Program-made: the position numbers and the translations under genes
Shown: piece by piece, positions 1-13,162 of the stretch
Layout: each line of letters starts with the position of its first letter
Position numbering within the stretch: the first letter of the stretch is position 1
Notes under the pieces: generated by a model
What the model was told of the DNA's origin: nothing
The model's database searches: none
The model's input: only the letters and a program-made list of their open reading frames with translations
NCBI RefSeq assembly: GCF_006345805.1
Contig: NC_043006.1
Span: 39,618,001-39,682,000 of the forward strand
Reading direction: 5' to 3'
DNA: 64,000 bases
Source of the DNA: Octopus sinensis
Lineage: Eukaryota

Positions 1-320
1 TTCTAAATGTTTCTTTATGCCGAACCGCTACGCTAGGAGGACGTGAGCAAATTTAACATCTGTTCTCAAGGAGTAATGAGAAACAAATACAGACAAAAAG
101 ACACACACATACACACAGACACACGCACGCACACGTATATATTTGACAGGCTTCTTTTAGTTTCAGTCTACCAAATTAACGCACAATTCTTTGGTCTACA
201 GTAGAAGACATTTGCGCACTTAAAAAGACTGAATCTGGAAACAACGTAAGGAGACTGAATCTGGAAACATGTGATTGGGAAGCAAGCTTCTTATAACAGT
301 CCTACAGTCACGACTGCGCC
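1..320 (-). mobile_element. tRNA-derived SINE family A (internal microsatellite), decayed and cut by the window edge
   Basis: Matches the other family A copies (gccgaaccgcta..., cttcttttagtttcagtctaccaaat...). Contains a local tandem duplication of agactgaatctggaaaca. Confidence 0.7.
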
Positions 321-580
321 TATATATTATATGTACTAGCTGGCCCCGTTTCGTTAAAAGTGACTGCTAATTGTAGTATTTTATACATAAACAAGAGTAC
401 TGAGAGAGCACAAATCTCCGCCAAGGTAACACCAACGTTCTCTCAACGATTAGCCAAACCGCTATGTTGCTAGGACATAAGCACATCAAGACCGGTTGTG
501 AAGCTATGGTAGGGATGTGATTCAACAGAAAGAGGTCCAAAGCTTGCGAGACAGCTTCTCAGAGGATAGAGGGTGGTGCC

Positions 581-930
581 TTGCATTTCGCCAAAAGAAA
601 TTTGTCCACATGTGATATTACACTGAACATTTAGGTTCTGGAATTCAGCGGTGAGGTAGAGTTCTTGGATCTTAAAAGAATAAGTGATCTGTCAGCTACG
701 CATGAGTTGCACTTCTTAGATCTATTAACAAATGGCATGGATATCTGTACGAATCTCCACTTGATTGTGTGTAGTGTACGATTGATCTTCAAATCCCATA
801 CGTGGCTAGCCATCGACAATGTATAGACACCTATACCAGCGTTCTGATTTGTAAATTTAATAGACCATGTTCTCAGTGCTTGAGATTGCTTGGTGGCTCA
901 AGGCGTTATAAAACACTGCCTAGATCCACA
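581..930 (-). pseudogene. Penelope-like element GIY-YIG endonuclease C-terminal relic
   Basis: Minus frame reads TLSMASHVWDLKINRTLHTIKWRFVQISMPFVNRSKKCNSCVADRSLILLRSKNSTSPLNSRT*MFSVISHVDKFLLAKCK. This follows the PLE C-terminal pattern LS..VW.LK...IKW...C..C...LN.RSE...H..KFLL as I recall it, with a stop at the E position. Confidence 0.65.
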
Positions 931-1057
931 TCTCCAAGTAAGAAACTATTAGTAGCTCATATCATCATACTGTGTACTTTAAGCGAAAACAATCTCTCAC
1001 TTGATAGAGTAATTTTTTTTTGTTGATCTCATGTTAACGGAAGAGTAATCTATATAT

Positions 1058-1260
1058 TCTTTTATTCTTTAACTTGTCTGTCATTTTGACTGTTGCCATA
1101 CTGGAGGACTGCCTTTTTATTCGAAGAAATCGACCCCTGCACTTATTATTTGTAAGCCTGGTAATTATTCTATCGGCCTCTTTTGCCGAACTGCTAGGTT
1201 ACAGGGTCATAAACTCACGAACATGTTGCCAATCGATGGTGAAGGGGGGGCAAACAAACA
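1058..1260 (-). mobile_element. SINE family A 3' half followed by (TA)/(TG)/(CA) tract
   Basis: ttcttttaacttgtctgtcattttgactgttgccatactggagg...gccgaactgctaggttacagggtcataaac matches the family A 3' body. Confidence 0.75.
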
Positions 1261-1906
1261 CACAATTATATACATACATACATATATTATATATATGTAT
1301 ATATATATGTGTGTATATATATGTATGTTATATATATATATATATATATGTGTATATATATATACGTGTATACGCCTGCGCCTATACACACACACACACA
1401 TATATACACACAGACACACTCACAAAATTTGGAAGCGTCCAATATGTTTGGTGTTTTATAGAAAAGAAGTAATTTTCGAACGCACTAAAGCTGTAATAAC
1501 AGCAGAGAGCATATGAGTATTTACCATTATAAAACGGAAAAAAAATAGTTGCCAACAGACGTCTGAGGGAATGGAACCTATACTTCTCACATACCAGCTC
1601 AGTACTCTACCATTAGAATGGCCAGGATCTGAGGAGTACAAGTTCGATCTCTGTAGCCGCCTACTGGCAACTTTTATTTTTCCTACGCAACTTTACTGCG
1701 TTCGAAATCTACTTTGTTATCACTAAAATAAATATATATATATATATATATGTATGTATATGTACGTATATATATATATATATATGTATATATATAATAT
1801 ATATATATATATAATATATATATATATATATACAAACATACATATACATATTATATATTTCATATAAATTAGGGTACATTTTTATATACAAAAGAGTTGA
1901 TTTTAA

Positions 1907-2318
1907 CAGAACACCTTACATGCTGGAAAGGGCATTTAAAGCCCAAACCACGAATAAATAATTTCAAAGGGAATGAAAAAATAATTAAAACAAATCATTT
2001 CAATACTCTGTAATTTTGAAGAACTTTGGTGCGCAGTTTTAATCCGTATTATTATTTGCTGCCGATTGTAGCTGCACTTGGCCGGTGGATATGAAAAATT
2101 ATATTGTATAGGCGTGTCTTCAGGGTTGCATAAATATAAACTAATTTTAGTGCTCTTACTGAAGAAGCACGGATGGCAAATTATTATATTTGTACATTGA
2201 TGTTGAAACTCAAGTATAAGGTTAACCATTGAAATGTTTTTATTTTTCATTCCCTTTGAGATTTCTCTTATTCGTAGTTTGGGTTTTAACTGTCCTCTTT
2301 AGCATGTAAGGTGTCCTG
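1907..2318. mobile_element. MITE-like element with about 90-100 bp imperfect TIRs
   Basis: Left cagaacaccttacatgctggaaagggcatttaaagcccaaaccacgaataa...aaagggaatgaaaaa matches the reverse complement of right ...tttttcattccctttgag...ttattcgtagtttgggttttaactgtcctctttagcatgtaaggtgtcctg. Confidence 0.75.
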
Positions 2319-2719
2319 CTAAAGTCACCACTTTTGTGTATAAAAAGATACACGAATTTGTATGAAATATATGTTGTCTATTGACTTTATTACGCATTCT
2401 GGCCACCGGTAGAATATTTCTCTTAATTTTCTACCCTTATTATCTCACTATACATATATGTGTGTGTATGTTTGTGTGTGTCTGTGTGTGTGTATGGATG
2501 TGTGCACATATATACGTAAATATCAATCGATGAAAATGAGTGCTCCACACTGCATTGGTGGATAAAATTTCCTTATTTGTGTGTGAAGGCTACCATTAGC
2601 TTCATGTTAAGAAAAATATCTTAATACCTTAACAATTTTTCAAGCTGATCACATGGAGGAATGAGGTACGCCTCCGTTTTGGATAAAAACGTGTATACAT
2701 ACATACGTGCGTACGCGCG

Positions 2720-2751
<32 letters not shown>

Positions 2752-2752
<1 letters not shown>

Positions 2753-3409
2753 GTTCTTTTACTTGTTTCAGTCATTTGACTGCGGCCATATTGGAACACC
2801 GCCTTTACTTATTCTATCGAACACTTTTGCCGAACCGCTATGTTACGGGGACGTAAACACACCAGCAACGGTTGTCAAGCGATGGTGGTGGGGGACAAAC
2901 ACAGACACACAAACATACACACACACACACACACACACATATATGTATATATATACAAATTGAGATAGGGGTTGTAAATGCAACCCTCCATGGGATAACA
3001 TATATCCAATATACTGCTAGTGAAGTACCCAACAAAGTTAATACATAAATGTTAAGAATTGCGATGCAATTAATTCATTTACTGTATTATATGGGCAAAG
3101 GTAAAATATTTTACCACAAATTCATAATACAAAATAAGAAAATGGAGAAATACATCCAAATCAAATATCAACTACCAGATAATACCCAATCACATACTTT
3201 ATTAAACCACTACATTAGAAACTTTAAGGTCAAACATAATAATATAGAACAAAACAGTGAACATAAAGGAGTAATATGATACAATAAGTACAATATGCAT
3301 AAGAGAATATAAATATAAATAAATATAAATATAAACTACATCTTACAGCTGTTTCGGCCATGCAGATAAGTATGTCTCATTTTACTTATATTAGCCATGT
3401 GTGGTAGGT

Positions 3410-3481
<72 letters not shown>

Positions 3482-3645
3482 CGGGACGGCTTCTTTAGTT
3501 TCTGCCTACCAAATCCACTCACAGGGCTTTGGTCGGCTTGAATCTATAGTAGAAAACATTTGTCCAAGGTGCCACGCAGTGGGACTGAACCTGGAACCAT
3601 GTGGAAGGGAAGCAAGCTTCTTCCCATACAGCCACTCCTGCACCT
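2752..3645 (-). mobile_element. SINE family A split by an about 450 bp insertion in its internal microsatellite
   Basis: 3' half at 2752-2900 and 5' half (tRNA-like head) at about 3482-3645, same orientation. Unrelated sequence at about 2956-3410 lies between the microsatellite tracts. Confidence 0.75.
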
Positions 3646-4170
3646 ATGACAGGCTTCAAACAGTATCTTTGCTTCAAATTCAATGTTGAGGAATCTGCCA
3701 GCCCTGAGCTATAACAGAGGACGCTTATCCCAGAGAGTGCATATTCGGAAGTGAGCCAGACAATGAAATTTGAAATTGAAAGCACATAGAGGTAGACTGA
3801 GGTTCTTAACCACCCAGCCACGCCAGTAATGATAAATCACATTATATACATCTGCTGGAGAGACAGCATGATAAAATATAAAACAAATGAGTCGAGAAGC
3901 GTTATGAATGCTTCAAAAACGGATGATGTTAGGAATAAAGCAAACATGTAATATGATGTTTGACATGGAGTGCAGTTTAAATTTATATTTTCGCGTCAAC
4001 TATATTCTTACATACGGCTGCAGATGAATGGTATTGAGGGGATGTAAATAAAAGTAACTTAACATAGCTCGTTCGTTAAAATGTCATGTACATTATCAGT
4101 TCTACATTGAAAACATAATGCTGCTATAAAGATATAATTGCCAGAGGACGAAGAAGTGTGTGTGTGCGCA

Positions 4171-4206
<36 letters not shown>

Positions 4207-4364
4207 CAATATAAATGCACAGATGTAAATTTGTGTATGTGCATATATATATATATTTATAAATGCATATATAATATATATATATACATATATATATGTT
4301 ATATATTCATGAAAATGTGTATGTGTATATGTGTAAATATATATGTTATACTATAATATATATA

Positions 4365-4408
<44 letters not shown>

Positions 4409-5337
4409 TATATAAGTGTATATAAAGTAAGAAAGATGAAAAGGGAGAGACGGTGAAACCGATAGATAAATAAATAAATAAATATAGATAAACAGATAGA
4501 TATACGTATATGAGAATATATATATATATATATATACATACATATTTTGTGTTTGTATAAACAAAGAGACACATAAAACATACACACACACACACATATC
4601 GTAGCATATATGGACATACCTGAATGAAAGTGAAAAAATATACCGAGAGATTAATATATGTAAACGGATGACTCATAGACATACCTGGGAAAACTTGTAT
4701 TTGAAAAAATATATGTTAAATACATTAATGTAAAATGTACCCACATCTCGGATTAAAATGTATATGAATATACATACAAACGCACACACAAACATATATA
4801 TATGTATGTGTGTATATGTATGTATATGTAAATATGTATATATTTATTTATGTATATATATATTGTATATATATGTATATATATGCATATATATGCATAT
4901 ATACATATATATATATATGTAATATAAAACCATACATATATAGTTATAGATATACATAGATAATAGGATTATACGTACACACAACTCCGTAGGTATACTG
5001 GTTTTGTAGATGTAACTATTGAGAATCCAACTTTTATATATGTAGGGATATATATATATATATATAATATATATATTATATAAAATATATATACATCCCT
5101 ACATATATAAACGTATATATAAACATATATATATGTATATATTAATACAAGTATATATATATGTAAATAGATATTTATACATGTATATATGTATATAATA
5201 CATATATAGACACATAGTTACATATATATGTTTATATATATACATATATATTTATACATGCATATATGTATATATACATACATATATAGACATATAGTTA
5301 CCATATATATATATGTATATATATATACAAATATATA

Positions 5338-5375
<38 letters not shown>

Positions 5376-5777
5376 GCATACATATGCAAATGAATTTACG
5401 TGTATGTTTTTGTGTATAAAGTTGACCAGGTGTAATATACTAAAAGAAGCATTGACAGCTAGTCTGACGTACACTTGAATATATTCTCATATATTCAAGA
5501 CCATATTCACATATCAGAAGTCATATATCGTATTTCCAGGCAGCAACACATATACTATGAGCATTTGTGCACATACAATGGTGCATACGCTCATACTAAT
5601 ATATATATATATATTATATATATATATACTTCCACAGCAAAAAAAAAATGACATCTTGTCTTATATCAATCTTTCATTTGCAAGTTTGTGCTTATATTGC
5701 TACTGGGAATAGAGAATATATGAAAAAAATATATGCATTTGAGCATATATATATATGTGTGTGTCTATGTGTGTACA

Positions 5778-5837
<60 letters not shown>

Positions 5838-6902
5838 GTATGTATGTATTCATAGTATATACATATATTTATAGAAATATGCATATAATATATATATATA
5901 ATACATATATATATGTATGTATGTATGTATTCATAGATATATACATATATTTATAGAAATATGCCTATATATATATATAGATATATATATATATTATATA
6001 TATATATAATATATACACATACATGCATTATATATATATATATATGCATTTATGTAGATATGTATGTGTGTATGTAGTCTCTCTCTCTAAAATATATATA
6101 TATGTATGTATGTAAGTGTATGTATGTATATGCTACGTGTTTGTATGTTTCTGTTTGCATCTGTGTGTACAGACATACATATATGTATAGATATATACAC
6201 ACACATACACACACATATATTTATGTATGTATATATGAATACATATTTACGCATACATTGCTTATTCATACATCGATGTTTTAGTCCCAATATCTATACA
6301 CACACAAACTTTCAAACTTTTGCAAATAATATAAAAATACGAAAATCAAATAAGAAGATTTTACGCGACCAGAAAGAGAAAGAAAGTAAGAAAAAAAGAC
6401 TTAGAATGTGACAGAGTTGATAGGAAATATATTCCTGGTCTGGAAGATGTTTTCAAGCGAGCTATAGGTGTATAGTTAAGATTAAAAGTATGTATGTGCT
6501 TATACGTCTTCAAATAACAACAATTTAGCTAGGTTTAGCTAGAATTTCAACATTTTAATTAATGCTGGTATTAATATAAAATAGAGTCCTTTAACAACAT
6601 TGGAAGTCTCAAACTATTATGTCTGGAAGCATTGTTTCCTAATGGTTGTTAAAAATTGACACTTTTGCAAAAGGAAATTTCATGTTTGTCCTGTGTTTGC
6701 ACGGGTTTCCTTGTGTTCTTAATAATTTTCAATAACCGTATCAAATTAGAGAGTGAGTTAAAGTGCGTCTGATTGAGGTTTTGAAATGAATGTACTTGCT
6801 TATTGACACGAAATTTATTAGTGAAGTTACTTTAAACCACATTAGAACTATTAGTTGATACCACAGATTCGTATATGTAAGTATGTACATATATGTATGT
6901 AT

Positions 6903-7192
6903 ATCACGTGATCACGTGTCCGACCAGACCATCAGATGTTGCTACACATCGCTGGTCACAATGCGTTCGCATTGTTTTAGCCTTGGAATGACGCCACCCC
7001 GCTGGCTAAGCGAGCAGGCCAACAGAAGAAAGAGTGAGAGAAAGATTGGTGAAAGAGTACAGCAGGGATCACCACCCCCTGCCGGAGCTTCATGGAGCTT
7101 TTAGGTGTTTTTGCTCAATAAACACTCACAACACCCGGTCTGGGAATCGAAACCGCGAACCTACGACCGCGAGGCCATTGCGTCTCCACTGT
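6903..7192 (-). mobile_element. Chimeric SINE: family C tRNA head joined to a family D body
   Basis: Minus head ggagacgcaatggcctcgcggtcgtaggttcgcggtttcgattcccagaccggg. The body gcctgctcgcttagccagcggggtggcgtc...cacgtgatcacgtg is shared with the copies at 16.1 and 29.6 kb. Confidence 0.7.
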
Positions 7193-7294
7193 ATGTATAT
7201 ATGCATATATTATTTATATTATATATATATATATGTGTGTGGTGTGTGTGTGTATGCGTTTGTATATGTGTATGTATGTATTTCCCCTGTATTT

Positions 7295-7610
7295 TACGGT
7301 TTCGATTCCCAGACAGGGCGCTGCGAGTGTTTATTGAGCGAAAACACCTAAAGCTCCGCGAGACTCCGGCAGGGGGTAGGGTGGGGGGCGAACCCTGTTG
7401 TATCCTTTCACCTTAACTTTCTCTCTTTGTTTCTGTTATATCTGTATTTCAAAGGAGTCACACTGTGTCACGCTGAGTCTCCCCGAGATCTACGTTAAGG
7501 GTACACGTGTCTGTGGAGTACTCAACCACTTGCGCGTTAATTTCACGAGCAGGCTGTTCCATTGATCGGATCAACTGAAACCCTCGTCGTCGTATCCGAC
7601 GGAGTGCCGT
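7295..7610 (+). mobile_element. tRNA-derived SINE family C
   Basis: B-box-like ggtttcgattcc and tail ...gatcggatcaactgaaaccctcgtcgtcgtatccgacggagtgcc, shared with the 9.4, 12.5 and 41.2 kb copies. Confidence 0.8.
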
Positions 7611-8074
7611 AGTAGTACATATAACATATACATATTCAATATTAGAACAGAATTTAATATAAGCAGTAACAGAAAGTAAAATTTTGGTATTACATATAGA
7701 TTTAGGTATCGAGCAATTTTTTAAATATATATATATTTTTTTTACAATTGTTATCAAAATATCCTTTGCTTCTCGCTGCTGAAATTTTGTAATCTATTTT
7801 CTTAAGTATCATTTTCTGTGTAAAAAACAAAAAACCTAGTCCGTCTTAATCTATTTGTCATCCTTTCATATTTCAAATCTTAAGAAGTTACTTCAGGCCG
7901 TTAAATCCACAGCGATGATAATTATCTGCAGTTTATGAACAATGGATCCACAATATTTCTCCAAGAATTCCAACTCAACAATATTTTATTTCCGGTATAT
8001 TATTTCATATTCTATTTCGTGTTTGGATTTGGTTTGCAAGATTCGTTATATGAGTTCGTTTGTTGAAGCATATT

Positions 8075-8233
8075 CTGTTGTGTCTGGGGAGAGTCATTTT
8101 CTTTTTGTACCTTATAATTTAACACACTCACCGGTAAAATTTTCACTTATTTCTTATTTTAAATGGAAATTTTACCGGTGACTCTGTTAAATTATAAGGC
8201 ACAAAAAGAAAATGACTCTCCCAGACACAACAG
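8075..8233. repeat. Fold-back, about 68 bp arms with a 24 bp spacer
   Basis: ctgttgtgtctggggagagtcattttctttttgtaccttataatttaacacactcaccggtaaaattt versus its near-perfect reverse complement at 8167-8233. Direct repeat gcatattctgttg at 8068-8080 and 8236-8248. Confidence 0.85.
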
Positions 8234-9099
8234 CTGCATATTCTGTTGCTCCCATTTTAATTTATAGAATGTTGAATGTGCATTTTTGTCTATACTGTTT
8301 TTGCAAACCCCTTATTCAAGTTTCACAGATTTTGCCTTCATTCTGTATTTATTTTACCACATTGATACCAATAGAAAGCTTGGATCAAAAAGTGATAATT
8401 TATGTGCACGTAAGTATGCGTGTGTATGCACACGAAAGTGTGGATGTAAGCTTTTGGTGTGTGTGCGGAAGTTGAGAATATCAGATCGTGTGCTCAATTC
8501 CATTGCTGGTTTTATGTTTCCATAAATATTCTGATGATCCATTAGCTTCAGCGCATCTGTATTGGTAAATTGACAGAACTGTTACAGATTTGGACGAATA
8601 GCCCTGCGGTATTAAGCAGCTCTTGACATTCTGAGAACATCGAAGTTAACTTTGCGTTTCATCATTTCCAAAGTCGATAAAGTGAACAACCAGTCAAGTA
8701 GTGGATTTGATAAAATCAATTGCTCCCATCATCCTTATGCCTATGTATGAAATTATATTGGCATTCCAGATCGTGCTGTCTACTATGGTCATGGTTCTTG
8801 CCAAGGTATTTGCTCGAATATATTTTCTCGCTGTTAACAATAATGTGTCAAGAGTCATCGGTTTTGTATTTTACATTCTTTATCTGGTGTTAGTTAATAT
8901 GTGTTGCTATAGTAAATAGTACATTGGTAGAGGGATTCTTGGTTCTGAATTCCATGACGGTAGCACTCCTTCAAAGTGAGATATAAACTTTCTAGTACTC
9001 CAAGCAAGAATATTGGTACGGATTATTGACTGTGTAGTGTGCAGATTTTGTTTCAAGTATCTGCACACAATTTCACACTGAAATCGTTTCTTATATTTT

Positions 9100-9237
9100 T
9101 ATTGCCCACAAGGTGCTAAACACAGAGAGGATAAACGAGGACAAAGGGATTAAGTCGATTACATCGACCCAGTGCGTAACTGGTACTTAATTTATCGACC
9201 CCGGAAGGATGAAAAGCAAATTCGACTTCGGCGGAAT
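9100..9237 (-). mobile_element. SINE family B 3' part
   Basis: gtcgattacatcgacccagtgcgtaactggtacttaatttatcgaccccggaaggatgaaa, shared with the 16.7-17.1 and 50.2 kb copies. Confidence 0.8.
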
Positions 9238-9391
9238 CGTTTCTATTTAGTGTCACATAACATATATTCAAAACTTATGCAGGAAAACAGCAATAACAGT
9301 TATTTTGCACTTCTTCTCATGTGTAACCTTATGCAAGATATATTCTGTTACCGTCTTTGCTGGACACGGGACCTCAACGTTACAATACATC

Positions 9392-9615
9392 GTGGCACTC
9401 CGTCGGTTACGAGGACGGCGGTTCCACTTGATCCGATCAACGCAACTTGACCCTATCAACGTGAAATTAACAGGCAAGTGGCTGAGAACTCCACAGACAC
9501 ATGTACCCTTAACGTAGTTCTTGCGGGGAGATTCATCGTAAAACGGGGTATGACAAGGCTGACCCTTTGAAATTCATGTACAACAGAAACAGGAAGAAAG
9601 TGTGAGAGTAAGTTG
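9392..9615 (-). mobile_element. SINE family C 3' part
   Basis: gtggcactccgtcggttacgag...ccacagacacatgtacccttaacgtag is the reverse complement of the family C tail. Confidence 0.8.
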
Positions 9616-9897
9616 TGGGGAAAGACTACATCATGTATACGCATACACATACCCATACAAACAAATATATATGTATAATATGAATGTAGAGCATAGACTG
9701 AGCTGCACAAAAGTTAACACATGAAAAAATGCCAAAATAGTCATCGTATATTTCTCGGAAGTCAGTGATAAACATTACAGATGCCTGTGTGTGTATGTTT
9801 TAATGCTTGTTTATATAAACATACATGAATTAAACACTATAACAGGCAAACAAGAAGAGATGTATGTGATATATACATGTGTGTTTGAGCCGTATGA

Positions 9898-9934
<37 letters not shown>

Positions 9935-9959
9935 TATATAGGGAGAAAGAGAGAGAGAG

Positions 9960-10075
9960 ACATACATACATACATACATACATACATACATACATACATA
10001 AATACATACATACATACATACATACATACATACATACATACATACATACATACATACATACATACATACATACAG
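9960..10075. repeat. (CATA)n microsatellite
   Basis: Direct reading of the sequence. Confidence 0.95.
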
Positions 10076-10077
10076 AT

Positions 10078-10320
10078 ATACTACTGCAAGGAGAATCTCG
10101 ATAAACTGGGGTTTGCAGAAAGAGAAATCGACCGACTAATTCGTACATTACAAGTGCAATCTGTGAGTGGAACAGTAAAAATATGTAAGACTTTTCTCAA
10201 GTTCCAAATGCGAATTTGTCTATGTTAACTACATCACAAAGATGGAGCCTTGTATCATTGTTGGAAACTGGCACCTCCTCAGTGGAAGATTTTATAGTAA
10301 TTCAAAAACAGAAGTGATAT
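10078..10320 (+). mobile_element. Possible 3' end of an RLE-type (R4/Dong-like) non-LTR retrotransposon
   Basis: YCKENLDKLGFAEREIDRLIRTLQVQSVSGTVKICKTFLKF resembles the terminal LQ...L.GT..I...L motif of R4/NeSL-group ORFs (recalled). An about 100 bp 3' UTR-like stretch follows, and CATA repeats flank both sides. Confidence 0.45.
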
Positions 10321-10348
10321 ACATACATAGATAGATAGGTAGATAATG

Positions 10349-10392
<44 letters not shown>

Positions 10393-11575
10393 TATTGACA
10401 TATATATGTATATACATAATACTCAGGCATACATACACACGCACGTACACTTATACACACGCCTACGTGAATTCACATATAACGATACGTGAATTCCATT
10501 TTTATTTCTTTCGTATGTTATATACTCGATGAACTTTGAGGAATTCCTTAGCTAGATCTCGTGGCATTTATATCAGTACTGTGGATGACATTAGGTAGCC
10601 ATAGACAGAGAAAGTACGTTGATCGGCATAATATCAGGTATATACCCAAGCTAGCAATGCATTAAAGGATTTATGAATTTCCATCTCAAAGTTCTTATTA
10701 CTATATTCATGTTCATATATATTAATAAATCTGTATGCACATATACATATATATGCATACACATACATGTATGTGTGTATGCGTATCGAAGTATATAATA
10801 TATATACAACTCTCTGTTCAACTGCTCCATAGTCGTTCATATGATGATTAAGCATGAACATATAAATAAATAATATAACTAGATTAATAACTAAAAATGA
10901 AAGCAGCTTAACTTGGTTGGAGTATCTTAAATATTGCAACATCCGGAGGTTTGACCAATTTAAGATAATGTCAAGATTTCGTTATAAATGATGATAAATT
11001 GGACAATAAAATAGATAATCTCATAAGCAATAATCGCTGAACAAATCTTTCAGTTAAGGATCAGAATCTCCTTCTCTATAAGACTTGCGAAGTTGGCAGT
11101 TAAATTAAAATATGAATTCAGACGTTGGCGTCTTACTACTTCAACGCTGCTAATGGCGGCTACACAAACGTAGATATGCGTGTATCTGATATTAATATTA
11201 AAGTATGAATGCATGCATGTATATAATAGCGTGTATGTACAATAATGTAGGAACATATATAATTGTGTGTGTGTGTGTGTGTATGTGTGTACCCCTGTCT
11301 GTGTACACACAGGACAGAGAGATGCACAGATATGTGTCTGTATATATATATATATATATATATATGATTCATACATATAATACATGCGCTGAACAATGGT
11401 TGCCTATGGCAAATACGGCAATTCATATATGAGTACTTGAATGTTCATCAGTTTCCATTCATAAAAGGAATATTGTATATTTTGGCATGTGTGTGTATGT
11501 GTGTATGCCTCTGTGTGTGTGTCTATCTATCTACCCATCCATCCATCCATCCATCCATCAATGTGTGTGTATATA

Positions 11576-11606
<31 letters not shown>

Positions 11607-11685
11607 GAAAGAGAGAGCCGGTGCCCCAGCATGGCCGCAGTCAAATGACTGAAACAAACGAATAAAATAATAAAGGAGTTACATA

Positions 11686-11689
<4 letters not shown>

Positions 11690-11732
<43 letters not shown>

Positions 11733-11779
11733 TAGATAAATAGATAGATATAAAGATAGATAGATAGATAGGTAGATAT

Positions 11780-11833
<54 letters not shown>

Positions 11834-11837
11834 GGAG

Positions 11838-11909
<72 letters not shown>

Positions 11910-11940
11910 GGATAGATAGATAGATGGATAGATAGATAGA
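11690..11940. repeat. Compound (TA)n-(GA)n-(GATA)n microsatellite
   Basis: Direct reading of the sequence. Confidence 0.95.
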
Positions 11941-12452
11941 TTTACAATACATATGCAGTATACATGATCATATAAGTGTACATAAATGTGTGCGTGCGTG
12001 CGTGTGTGTGTGTGTGAGCGTTCGTTTTTGTGTTGGTGGAAACGATTTGAAATATCTCATGAGTTTGTATTCGTATCGACATAGAGAAAAATGTGCTTAT
12101 ATACATGGATTAGATATTTATCATCACAACGATAATAACACGCCCATATCAAGATCTCTCAGACGCGTAGGAGATGATCTTCATATTCTGAGTTTCTTTC
12201 ATGTAGTGAAAGTTAACATGAATGTCCAGAAGTTATCGAGAAAAGAATTGCGATAGAAAAGGTCTGAGTCATGCATAAAACCAAAGCTAAATGCTCAACC
12301 ACTTAAATGTATTATGCGCTTATATATCACACCCACATTTTTTACTTCTTTGCAAAGCACCTTTTTCTCTTCTTTCATCGGCAGTATCTTACATGACCGC
12401 TGTGAACTGTTTAATGTTCCCAAAGGTGAAACGGCCATATATATATATCTGT

Positions 12453-12765
12453 GGAGACGCAATGGCCCAGTGGTTAGGACTGCGGACTGGCGGTCATGGG
12501 GACGCGGTTTCGATTACCTGACCGGGCGTTATGAGTGTTTATTGAACGAAAATACCTAGAGGCTCTACGAAGCTCTGGCAGGGGTGGGGGCAGCGAACCC
12601 TGCTGTACTCTTTCACCACAACTTTCTCTCACTCTTTCTTCCTGTTTCTGTTGTACCTGTATTCCAAAGGGTCACACACTCTGTATGAATCTCCCGGAGA
12701 AATACATTAAGGGTACACGTACATGTGGAGTGGTCAGCCACTTGCACGTTAATTTCACGAGCTTA
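12453..12765 (+). mobile_element. SINE family C, intact tRNA-like head, 3' truncated
   Basis: A-box-like tggcccagtgg, B-box-like ggtttcgatt, and family C body. Confidence 0.85.
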
Positions 12766-13080
12766 TTTTTTCGATGGGGCATCTACTAGCGCAAATCGAT
12801 GCGTTGCCGGAATTATCTATAAAGCTACAAGCCTTGTCAGTCGTACAGGGTTGCCTCTCTCAGGTACATCTGATTGACAAGAGTCAACAAATTCGAAACA
12901 TCGATTTCTCAGATTCTCGAGAGATGGCGACACTGAACGAATGGGGTATTTTCACACCTTCTTACCACAAGAGAGATTTTTTCTCCATGGTTACTGCAGT
13001 GTATTTGCATTTAGCAGTTGAAATATGTGACAACATGTTTCAACTAACCTAAATTGTGAGTGTATATATATATATATATC

Positions 13081-13132
<52 letters not shown>

Positions 13133-13162
13133 TCCGAATTTGCCTGAATGTTTATAGAATAA

